From the NCBI RefSeq assembly GCF_009834535.1, contig NC_045707.1, forward strand, positions 54,190,001 through 54,254,000: a stretch of 64,000 nucleotides of DNA, written 5' to 3'. The notes beneath the pieces were generated by a model that was not told the origin of the DNA, ran no database searches, and saw only the letters and a program-made list of their open reading frames with translations. The position numbers and the translations under genes were made by a program. This DNA is from Camelus ferus (Eukaryota). This document shows positions 14,228 to 25,904 of the stretch, one piece after another (within the stretch, counting starts at the first letter, position 1; the number at the start of each line of letters is the position of its first letter).

Positions 14228-14609
14228 GATACAAAGTTCAGACTGATTTTTTTTTTTAACTCCTATCCTGCCCATCTGCATGGCATCCTGTTGTTTCCGA
14301 TTGATAGCCCACTTTTCTCTTTGTGGTACAATTTATTCCATGGATACATCAACCAATTCTTCTTACTAAAACAATGCAATGGAACACCTGTCTTTGGAAT
14401 ATTTTTATTCTGAACTTTTTGGAAGTTAAGGTTTTATTCTACTTAAAGGATGACAAACATCAAGAAGATGAGATTTCTTCTTGTGGGAGGAGGTGACAGA
14501 CCATTAACAGTGAAATCAGAATGGCCTGACTGTCCCTTTCATCTGGCAATGGCTCCTTGGCACTGAATTGACTTTGCATCATTTCTTTCACATGTACAAC
14601 TCTTTATGT

Positions 14610-14760
14610 TAAATGTCAGGATCCTCAATTTACATGTGCAAAAACTGAGACTTGAGAGCTAACAACGTGCTCAAGGCCATAGCTAAGAAGTAGAAAAACT
14701 GGATTTAAATTCATATCTCCTTCAATCAAAACTCCAGCTCATTCCACTATTCCGTTCTAT
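14610..14760 (-). mobile_element. MIR SINE fragment
   Basis: aaaactgagac...tgctcaaggccatagcta...ggatttaaattca. Confidence 0.55.
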
Positions 14761-16066
14761 GCTGGCCTGTTGAATGAGGCGAGTAAGGCAGAAATTGTAT
14801 TACACAGACAATACATTATTAATCAGTCTCCTCTAAAGTGACATTATTTTTTCAATAAAAGGAAGGTCTTCCATATTTTTTCTACAATAAAAATCATGTC
14901 ATTGTATTTTTAATACTGGCTAGTTTTATTTAATTGATTAAGTGCAGTATGCTTCTCAACTGATGTCTGCTTGATGAAGATACAAGATAATTCTCACGTT
15001 TACCACTTCAATGACTTTAGCACTTAGAAACTGAACTTAGTGTATGGGGACATATTTTAAACTTTATGTACTATTAAGGAAAATAAGCTGGTACATTGAA
15101 ATATTCTCCATAAGTTAGGAACATATGATTCTGCTGGACTATGCATTTAGTAAGTACTATAATTATAGAAAGTGTGCAACATATAATAATAAATTATGAC
15201 TTCACTATTTCTCAAATATTCCATATCTTTCTCTAAATGAAGTGTTTCCTCTATAAATGTTAACTGCCCTGTTTTTTCATGTTTTCCTCATTTTCAGAGA
15301 TTTTCCTGCAATTTCACTTCAAGGATTGATGCAAGTGCAGCTGTGGTTTTTAAGGAGGTGTTTACACCACTTCTTGCACAGAGTTCATCCATCATACTCT
15401 ACTCACATATTTCATGAGTTACCATATAGAATGACAGTGGCCAATGCATAGGACTCCAGAAATGCAACATCCATAAGGAAAAGTTGAAGTCAACCAAATC
15501 TAAACATAAATACGGGGAACATCACTATATGACCTTTTGCTCAAATGAGTGTAAAGATGTTTAAGATTTGAGTTCCCAGCAAGGTTTAATATTGAATATA
15601 AGCTCTATATTGAAAAGACATTACTAAACAGAACTGAAACAGAAGATTCACGTCTCTCTCCACAAATCACTGTTTCCCATGAGTTTGACATTCCTACATT
15701 CCCATCCTTTGGTTCAGAAAGATCTTTTCAAAGAACAGAAGATTTCATGCTCCCTTCCAAAAACCTTGGTTGATTGCTTCTCCTTCCCACTGAATAAGAT
15801 TAAAAGGGCTTTACTACAGCATCCCCAAACCCTTCAAGATTGGGCATGAATATTTATTCAGCCTTATCTCATTTTTTTTCCCACAGAAGAACCACCATTG
15901 TATTTACTATACCCCCAAAATATTGCATAGACAATCAAATTATGCAAATTATGTATAGACTGTGTCAATGCAAAGCATAGAGCCTGGCAACAACAATAAA
16001 TAATTGTTGTTAAAATCTAGCAGATATGCTTCCCCTTCAGTGCTTACTTACCTATTAGCCATGCTT

Positions 16067-16559
16067 GTGGTATATTTGTACAATGGAATACTACTCAGCC
16101 TAAAAAAGGATGAAATAACACCATTTGCAACAACATGGATGGACCTAGAGATCATCATTCTTAGGGAATGAGCCAGAAAGAGAAAGAAAAAATATCATAT
16201 GATATCACTCATATGGGGAATCTAAAAAAAGAGAAAAAAGGACACTAATGAACTCATCTACAAAACAGAAACAGACTCGCAGACATAGTAAACCACCATA
16301 TGGTTACTAGGGAAAGGGGTTGGGCAGGGATAAATTTGGGAGTTTGAGATTTGCAAATGCTAGCCACTATATATAAAAATAGATTTAAAATTTTTTCTTC
16401 TATATAGCACAGGGAACTATATTCAATATCTTGTAATAACCTTTAATGGAAAAGAATATAAAAACAAATATATGTATGTATATGCATGACTGGGACATTG
16501 TGCTGCAAAACAGAAATTTACACATTGTAACTGACTGTACTTCAATTAAAAAAAAAAAA
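16067..16559 (+). mobile_element. 5'-truncated young-looking L1 (ORF2 end, 3'UTR and polyA)
   Basis: caatggaatactactcagcc...gcaacaacatggatggacctagag...aaaacagaaacagactcgcagacatag...gtaactgactgtacttcaatt followed by an A-tail. L2-like sequence lies on both sides. Confidence 0.9.
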
Positions 16560-16775
16560 CAAAACTCCAGTTTAAATGCAACCTCTATTTGAAGCCATTC
16601 TATTTAGTCCAGGCAGGGCTAGTCACTCCCTTCTCTGTACTCTCATCAAATCTCTAATGGAACACATTATGCATTGCATTCAAAGTTTGTGGCTACATGT
16701 CTGGCTCCCTCACTGGACTGTGAGTTCTGCGAAAATAGGCACCCTGTCTTCTTCTTCTTCAGATGCCTAGTGCGA
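16560..16775 (+). mobile_element. L2 3' fragment
   Basis: tgtctggctccctcactggactgtgagttc L2 motif. Confidence 0.6.
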
Positions 16776-16934
16776 ACTCTTAATTCTGTATCTGAAACTT
16801 TGCCTTGATGAAATCCAAAGTCTTCTGGATTTTAGAAAAATAATGTGGTATACACAATATGTAATCTATAAGAGCACAACCAGGTAGCGGGGGCTGCACC
16901 CTGTAATCACCCTGGTATTTCTGCAGTGAATGTA

Positions 16935-17280
16935 CTATGGTACTATTAGTGCCATTTACCAAATGTACGTCGCCCCCTCCTCTCTACCAGGCACAGAGTA
17001 GGATTATCCTTCTTGTAGTTGGGAGAAGCCATGTGACCAGTTCTGTTTGTGAGTCTAAGTGATGTGTGTCATTTCTAAGTTCAAGTATTAATTGTTAATG
17101 CAAGATTCTCCAGAGTTCTCTGGTGTGGCAGCCAGCGGTGTTTGAGGTGGTGGACATTCTATCAGTCCAGGTTCTTGAGTGACTACGCCACACCATAGCG
17201 GACGTGTTGTTTTAAGCCACTATATTTGAAGGTTGTTTATTACCACAGCATAACCTAGTTCAAGTTCATCCTGATGTATA
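16935..17280 (+). mobile_element. Old MaLR LTR (MLT1H/I/J-like)
   Basis: gccatgtgaccagttctg; 3' end tgttgttttaagccact...ccacagcataacctag. Confidence 0.7.
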
Positions 17281-17824
17281 AATATACATTCATACTAAAT
17301 TGACAAAAAAAAATGACTATAGACATCAAGTTATTTCAGATCATGTTTTGTAATCATATGTAACCAAATGATTTATTTGGATCATGTTGGGTTTTTCTAC
17401 CAAATAAGTTGCCAAAAAACTGTCAGTTTTCAGAGTTTCATAATTTTGAAGTTATGAAAAAGGCACTGTGAGCCAGTGTCTGACAGACTTACAGCAGGCA
17501 CCAGAGCAAAAAACAGTAAGCATTAAAAAGAAAGGAAGGCTCTTTGTGAACACAGGGGCATGAACTTTTTGATATTTTACTTGCTTGTTTTATAAAAATT
17601 ATATGCATAAATGGTAAGAAAAATAAAATAGTGTGGCCTCACTAGTATAAATTTTTGGCTTTATTTTTTGATGCTCCTCACTGGAAAGTAAAGAAAAACT
17701 TTAGATGCATGTATGGTGCAGGAATGTCATTTACATGGGGAAAATGTCCCACAGCCATTAGGACTTCCATACATACAGGAATAGAAATCATTGTCCTTCT
17801 CCACATGTGATTCTATTAGATAAA

Positions 17825-18055
17825 TTCATTAAGGACCCACTACCTGTAGGTACTATTTAAGTACTTTATTTGTATTAACATATGGAAGCATAAAAATAAA
17901 TCTGCAGGGTAAGTATTATTATTAGGCCAATTTTATACTATTAGGCCAGAGACTAGAAGCAAAAAGGAAAGCAACTTGTCCAAGATCACAGAGTTAGGAG
18001 GTAGGTGGTACCCAGGCAGTCTGACCTCAGAACCTGTGCTCTTAACAACTATACT
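17825..18055 (-). mobile_element. MIR SINE
   Basis: aacttgtccaagatcacagag...cccaggcagtctgacctcagaacctgtgctcttaac. Confidence 0.75.
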
Positions 18056-18444
18056 ACAAGAGTTGTGCGGTAACGCTCAACCTAAGGAAACAAAAATACT
18101 CACTAACATTTCTTTCATTCCATTTATCCTGAGTCTTATTTGTCACGACTTTAATCATTTTTTGGTTCCCCATTGAAATTCTCTTTGAGTTCTTTGATCC
18201 CAGGTGGTTTACCCCAAAATCTATGAAAAGATCAGAATCAGAGGAAAATGACTTAGCACAAAAGTGTTACATTAGCATTGCCTTTTAAAATATCTTTTCT
18301 GTGTTGCTGATCCATGCTTTACTCCCCAGTCATTAAATACAAAGTCTGTATTTGCAGAAAGCCTGTCATGGACGTCCATCTTTCTATTTCAAAATGTCTT
18401 TCAAGAAACACTCATTACCACTGAATGCATAATAATAAAGTCAT

Positions 18445-18670
18445 GCCAGCTACTATTTATTGAACACACAATATCTGAAAGATGTAATACTAGGCACTTT
18501 GCATGCATCACATCACTTGGTCTGTACAACAGTCTTTCAAGTTTTGTGTTCTCAATTCTATTTTACAGACGAGGAAACAGACTCAGCCTAGACTTAGTAA
18601 TTTACTCAGAGGTAGAAGAATTATTCCAAATGAGATCAGCCTAACCTCAAAGCCTATGCTCTGTACTCTA
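18445..18670 (-). mobile_element. MIR SINE
   Basis: ctattttacagacgaggaaacagactcag MIR core. Confidence 0.7.
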
Positions 18671-19564
18671 TGGGATGTCATTTACCTGGCCATTTCCCAG
18701 GTAAATAAACTAAAAATAATTCCACATAGAAGTTTTGGAGTTATGCCTCTTTTTTCGTATCTCAAGAAAAACACCATAATAGTTGATTTTAAAAAATGCA
18801 TTCCACTCCAGTATGTATTTTTTAAATAAATGCATTAATGAATATTCTTCTTTTGGAAAGCTCCAACAAGTCAATTCATATGGTAACGGTGGCACATAAA
18901 CTGGGAAATTGTGGTTTGATTTCTTTGGAAGTTTATGTTATACAATTCAAATTTACAGTAAGGCCTCTCAGAGAGGTATAATCATTTCTTCAGCTACAAA
19001 CCAGGTACTTTTCACTTTAAAATGAAGCCCATATGGATAATGCCTGTACAAAGAAATACGGTCTCCTTAGCTCTTCCTGGGGAGAGTATATGTCAATACG
19101 TGTTTTCTGTAAGTGATTAGCATCGACAAACCCAGAGCATACAGAACTCTAAAGAGCTTTGATGAACAGAGGTTTAAAAAGTGCATATTATTTTTTTTTA
19201 ATCCTGCATCGCATAGTTCAAAAGATGGTTTGGTAGAGAATATGGTAACACCTACACCGAGAAATCTATTTCTAAAAAATTTTGGTGGTTATTATACCCG
19301 CAGATACTGTCTAGTTTAGGCACAGAAATAACTCCTAAGCAACTAACTTCAGAAACACTCATGTCTAAGAGAATACCAGGAGCAGCAAAAAACCCCTAAA
19401 AGAGCAATAAAATACCTTTCCAGAGAAACCAAATCCAGATTCCATACCATAATTCAGGCAGCACAGCCCATCATAAACAAAAATTCATTATGCCTGCTGT
19501 GTGGAAAAATGTTAAGTAAGAAGAAATAAACAGAGAATGTTTAACAAATCATATTAGCCAAATG

Positions 19565-19599
19565 AAAAAAAAAAAAAAGAAAGAAAGAAAGAAAGAAAG
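19565..19599 (+). repeat. A-run followed by (AAAG)n
   Basis: Directly visible. Confidence 0.9.
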
Positions 19600-20823
19600 A
19601 GGATAAAGCCACAGTTCTGAATGAGTCTGCCAATAAAGCTTAAAACCGAGCCAAAATTTGGAAGAAATCTAAACATAGCCAGACCAAGTCTGAGTCTTCC
19701 TAAGATATTATATTATGGATTTTTTCCTTCCAACTATTTCCTTTAGGTTTAAGGGGAAACGTTGACCAGATCTAGAGATGTGATATTAAATGCACACAGA
19801 ATGAATCTGAGCTTAAATTACGGGTGCAACTGAATGAAATTTAGAGACATGAAACAGAGCATCGTTCTCACACAAGAATTACGAAATACATAAGGAGAAG
19901 ATGAAAATGCTTGTAGTTCTAGAGTGTTGCCTTTTAAAAAGTCTAAAAATGGCTGTTTATAACCCAGTCCTCCAGCAATGGGAAAGCATAAGTAGATGCA
20001 GTATGTATATTCCTCAGAAGTTCAGTAGCATGTTCAACATGTTGTTAGGAACATGTGATAAAATGCCTTGGTCAGTGTAGACAGTATAATCAAAATACTT
20101 TCTTATTTGACATCACACACACAATGACAATTAGCTGCCTGAGGAAAAAAAAAAGAAAATCCTCATCATGAAAAAAATTGTGTTATTTGGAGAACCAGGC
20201 GATCATTCATTTCTCTTCCAGCCGGTGGTACTTTGGTCTGGGACTCACTGCCTAAGGCGAGTGGACAGATATAAACTGACTTCGCTCTATGGCTGAGAAC
20301 CTTCTCTTCGTGTGCCACTCAGTGTCCGCCACAGCTGTGGTCTTGGAAGAGGGAGAAGGGATAAGATGAAGTGCGGAGAAAGAAGAAGGGAAAAAGGAAA
20401 GGAAGACATCTTACAGAAGCAGGCAGAATCTAACTGCCTCACCTCTGCGGGGGGAGATTGGGAGGTTAGGCATGCGTTTCTTTCTTGGGCAATGTTTCTT
20501 AGATGTGTACGGAACGAACTCCGCTGCAGAGCTAGGCTGAATATCTCAATGTGTCTTTGTGAATTATCCTGCAATCTTAACCATGGTTTTTAACATTGCT
20601 TATTTACTACAGGAGAATAAAAGGTCTATGAAGTTGCAATTAACCAAATTAGGGAGATGTTCTTTGAGCACAAGTCCTTTAGAAATTGTAGCATATTTAT
20701 ATACTAGCGTGGAAAGCCTTGAACTAAATATTATCAATGTATCAATCTCAACAATTGAAAGAGCTCACTCTCTGTTCATAATTAGGACATCCGAAAGAAA
20801 CAAAAGATTAACTATCTGAAAAT

Positions 20824-20863
20824 TATAATTGATTAGATGATTGTATAATTGATTAGATGATTG
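20824..20863. repeat. Perfect 2 x 20-bp tandem duplication TATAATTGATTAGATGATTG
   Basis: Units 20824-20843 and 20844-20863 are identical. Confidence 0.97.
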
Positions 20864-23800
20864 TCTACTTCAGTGTTGACTTCTAAAAATAATGTTCCAA
20901 ATATTGAATTCTTTCCTCACGGATACATTTTTGAACTAGATGTGTGCTTTGAAACGATCTGTGTTTCTTTGTATACTTATAACTCCATATACTCCAGTGA
21001 TCTTAAAGAGGGAAAGAGACAACAGAGAAAATGAAAGAAAAATGTGGAGCACATCTTGCCCTGCACACCTGCCTTGTCGTTCCGTGTCCAGAGGGAATTC
21101 TCTCTCTCTATTCCTTTTTTCTCACTTTTCTCTTTGATATTCTATACCTCACCCCTTGTATTTAAATCATTGTTTTCTAGTCTCCTCTAAAAGAAGACTG
21201 AGGATGGATGTGGAGGGAGAGAGAATATAGAAGGGAGAAACTCAGTGACGACCATGAGGCAGTTCTGAGACTCAGTTAGGTACACAGGTGTCATTCACAC
21301 AGATAAAACTGTACATATCTGTGTGTTCATTATGGCCTTAATCCTCAATCAGGGGCGGCAGGCAGCGGGTTATCTGGTCAATTTTTAAAGAAGATAATTT
21401 TTTTTAATCCCCAAGCCTGATTTTTAGTGAATGTATAGTTTCATTCTCTTCCTCGGTGCCTTTATCTCACTAGAAATACTAAAAAGTTGAAATAAGGACT
21501 TGAGTTTCCCCTCTTTCTTCAATAAAATAAATGTGTGTGTTTATGTATGTAAATCATGAAGAAGGAACAGTGAGTCCACAGTGGAAACATTAGACTTAAA
21601 AAATTAGACTCAGAAAAGCTGATATATGGTTAATTCGTAAATATTACAGGACATGGCTTGTAGACAATTTTTTTTCTCATAATTAAATCCAGCCCTATTC
21701 TGACACACAACAAGTTTTGAAGATTATTGAATTCAGTCAAAAAAAAAATGGTTAGTAACCTTGTTTATTGCTCAATTATTATCAAAGACTTTCATATTTG
21801 CCTAAACTTTCTAAAAATTATTTTTTGTTTTGAAACAGGCTTAAAGAAATGCATCTATTAACATGAAGCTAAGACTAAGAGTTCCTTCTTAAGTCTTAAA
21901 ATAAAATCCCAGAAAACAAATATATGATTATTTATTTTCATGACATCTACTGTTTCACATCCTTTAAATGCTATCAGAATAAAAATTATAGCAATGAATC
22001 TGTTTCAGGCTTATAGCTAAATATTCCAGTTTAAATAGACATTCTTCTATGTGCATTCAACAAAAGCTTTCCTTATACTATACTCAAGGCCAACAACTTC
22101 TAGTTAATTTGCTGAAACTGAAATGTCCATATTTATATTATTAATAAATCATTTATACTTCCATAGGCACAGAAACAAATATTTTGCTGTTTAATTAGAT
22201 ATATTTAGGAATTACAGCTTTCTAACTTAGCCAGATTACATTAGAGATTTAAGTGATGGTCTTTATAAGCAAATACAATGTGGAACTACTAACAAGAGGA
22301 AAGATTCAAAATTAGAATAAAAAGGAAAGATGAGGATTGCTTCTCGAAAAAGCTACTTTGTGAAATAATCTATATTATTTTTAACTTTTCCATATCCTGT
22401 TTGGGGGGGAAATATTTGTTTTTTATGCTTTGCAAATCATATACAAGGTTATTGTTTTCACACATAAGATAACATCAGATTACTGGAAAAAATCATAATT
22501 ACACTGAATAAATGTTTCATATAACAAAAATTTAAACTTTTTAAAAGCTATTTAAGTTACTCAGGTATATTGTATAATCTGTCCTGAGAATAAAAACCTG
22601 AGTTGGTCAAATTAATCAAATAATGACCCCAATTTGATATTTTACTCTGCATTTTAGAGAGCAAAAGCATGATCATCTTAAAAATTCATTAGAAATGTAA
22701 AAAACTCCTTGTATTTATGCTTTGGTTAAAGACCCACACTTGTGATACTAAAACTTAAACTTTGCATTATCAGTGGAATTGCTATTCATGATTATTAGCA
22801 TTCTAACTTTTAATCATTGTTATTTGGGGTAACAAAATATGCTTAAAAGTAGAATATATACAGAAGCAAGCAATTTTTAATCCCCAGACAACATAGATAC
22901 AAATATGTAGAGAATGAGATAGAAATATACAGATGCAGTGGTGCACATATCCAGCATTCACGGCTCCCCCCAGGTCAGAGACACAAACATAAACACGCGA
23001 CCTCACAACTGCACCCACTCACAGACATAGTTCTTTCCTTTTTCTCTTTTTTTTTGTTCTATTCTTTACTCTGCCCACAAATGTGTATTTATGATAGACA
23101 GATGCATAAATACACTTTTAGATGGTTTTTACTTGTCAAAGTACTACGGTCCTTGGATGGATTTAGTCAATTTTAGAAGCTGCACAGGAAAGGCTTACAA
23201 ACAGATAAGGAGGATTTGCACCACTTTTTAATATCTATATTCGTAGGTATAATGTATACACATTCATATAAGTAGACATCCACAGAGCACATGTTACCAA
23301 TTAAAAGCTACATAAACTTAAATCTAAGTGAAAGCTTCAAAGCTTGTCAGCCTATGGAAAATGTACATTGCCTTTAATTCAATGAAGAGAGCAAAAAAAA
23401 ATACTTTTCATAAATAAACACAAGGATTCTTTTATATTTACTTTTTTTCTGCAGATCTATAAAGTCAGGGAGGGGAATAGGCAAAGATGAACGATTTCCA
23501 TTTTTTGCTAAGTATCATCTAATGTAAGAACTAATTTCGTGGAGGCATCCTTCTCTGAAATCAGGTTTCATCTTTCTTGCCGCCATTTGTCTATGGTCTT
23601 TTTTTTGGTTCCTGTTAACTCAAAATTTTAATTTTGAAAATTAGAAGGCAAGTATTCACCTAGGCGCCTACTAAATAAAAAGAACTCTATGAAATATTAA
23701 AGGAATAAAAAAAATATTCTGTGGAATCTATAATCTAGCAAAGGAAACATTTGCATGCTGAGCTCACTATAATGAATGAAGTAATGGAGGTGTGATCGAA

Positions 23801-24659
23801 GTGTAATTTCAGGAGAGAGTCCAACTAGGGGGCTGAAAAGCTGGAGACGCCACAGATACCTTTTTTTAAGAAACAGCAGCAGGCGATTTCAAAGAAAATG
23901 TCATAACCTGAAATTTACAAAAAAAAGAAGTCGGGGAACCACGGTGTGTCATAACAAACAAGACGCGGAGTGGTGATGCCTAGTCACATAAAGCAGCGTG
24001 ATGCTTCGACTGACTTAATCAGTTGAGTGTACTCGATGATTGACATGACCAGGACAGACAAAACAATACCGCCTGTTTGTGTGTGTAAAGAACCGGTGTG
24101 CACGTGTGGATACTCTGCACAAGAGAGACGCGTAGGTGATACAAGGGACTGTGCTCTATTTAAGGATCAGATTGCCCTCTTTACCCTGCAGAAGAGAAGA
24201 GACAGGTAAAAGGGAAAATGGAATTATTACTAAGGAAATACAGAGAGGAATTCCACGGAGTTAGTGGGAAAGAGCTAGCGGGTCAAAGGTTAAAAGAAAG
24301 CAAGTTTTGACAAAGTGGAAGGAAAGAAGGAAAAAGAGGGAGGGAGGGGGGAGAGAGGGGGAAAAGTGTGTATTGATCAACACAGAGAGAAATAGGAACT
24401 ACTGAAGACAGACGAAGGAGAAACATCTGTAAGTGCCGTATGGGGTGGGGGGCCAGGGCGGAGGACAGGCAACCCTATGCCCACAGACCATGTGGCTCCC
24501 ACTAAAATGCTTTCTCTGATTGTGTGTACCCAGAAAAATTTTCAGTTTATTTATGCTTGTCTAGTAAGCCTTTTGGGACACCGGTTCTATGTTTTAAGCA
24601 TTTTTAAAGTATAGCTCTCTTCCACTCTAGTGTTTCCCCTACTTCATCTTTCTTTTTTT

Positions 24660-25680
24660 TTTTTTTTTAACATAGTACATATTTCTAACATATCATGTTT
24701 TCACTTACTCCTTTAGAATATAATCTCCATGAATCAGAGAATTCTGTTTGTTTTATTCATTGCTGTATACCAAGCATCAATAAATAAATATTTGTTGAAT
24801 GAATGAACTAATGAGTTCTATAAAAATTGCATCTCTGCTGTGTTCCAGATACTGTGAACAAAAGGGACATTACTTCTATATTCGTGGAAACTTACAGTGC
24901 AATGAGGAGATGGACACAGGAGCAGCTCTAATAAACCATGGTAAGTGCTAAAACCAGGGAAATAGAAGGTGGGGAGACTGAACAGAACCACCTAAGTCAG
25001 TTTCGGTAAATGGTCAGGAGGACCTCATATAAATGACTTTTAAGTTAGAACTAGAAGTATGGGAGGGAACTAAATAAAGAAGAGAGAAAGACAACATATT
25101 TTCCAGGCAAAGGTAATAGAAAAGAATCTCAAAGTGAAAGGAGAAGTTTGGATGCCTTTCAAGACTGAGAATAACTACCAGGAAAAGTTTTCACGGTGAA
25201 GGTTCTAAGACTAGATCATTTTCGGATCAGGATCCGCAAGCAATTCATGGACTTGCAGAGTCCTTCTGAGACTGTCAAGCAGATTACCTGTATTAGTACT
25301 GAGTCAGGAGTCAAGGATGAAGTCACCATTGCAGATGCTTCAATAAGCCTTTTTAATAAGTTGACAAATCAGTTGGGTTTTAAAAAAAAGAAAAACAAAC
25401 AGGAATTCAACAACAGTTGGCCATGGGCTGGAACACCAGGTGAGAAAGGCTAGAAAGGTTAGCAGAGGCTGGATCACAGAAACCCTCCTCAGCTGTGTTC
25501 CAGGATTGTGACTTTAACCTAAGGCACCTGAGGACGCTGAAGAGTGACGCAGAGAAGTGATCTGATCAGATGTGAGTTTTTCACTCGACTGCAAAACAGA
25601 GATGGGCTATGGATCATGACAGAGTGAACTGGAGGCAGAGATGCAGTAATCTAGGTAGACACGGTAAATAGATTACAGTT
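24660..25680. mobile_element. L2 fragments, tail to tail (+ strand tail ending ~24807, then - strand)
   Basis: aaataaatatttgttgaatgaatgaac L2 terminus; then reverse L2 motifs such as gaagtgatctgatcagatgtgagtttt. Confidence 0.65.
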
Positions 25681-25861
25681 TTAGTCCAATGTAGAAAAAT
25701 TTTGCTTTTCATCTTGTTTTATGTGGAATGTTTAGAAACAACTTTCTCTTCAAACTAATGTTTGTCATTAACTCATGAAAGATACATTCAGCATGACCTT
25801 AGAGCATCTTCCTGTCTCTCTTACTCTCCGCACATTCGTTCTTAACCTTCATACATACAAT

Positions 25862-25863
<2 letters not shown>

Positions 25864-25902
<39 letters not shown>
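25864..25902 (+). repeat. (CA)19 microsatellite
   Basis: Directly visible. Confidence 0.97.

Positions 25903-25904
<2 letters not shown>

Noticed and set aside
14931..14940. Isolated TAATTGATTA (P2); also TAATGGTTATTA (P4) at 55227-55238
   Set aside because: Expected by chance in AT-rich DNA, with no supporting context.
20025..20058. Three CATG half-sites resembling a p53/p63 element
   Set aside because: The half-sites overlap by one base and have mismatches, so the geometry is not canonical.
23818..23836. CTCF-like CAACTAGGGGGCTG
   Set aside because: Mismatch at a highly conserved core C and in the 3' flank; much weaker than the site at 36846.
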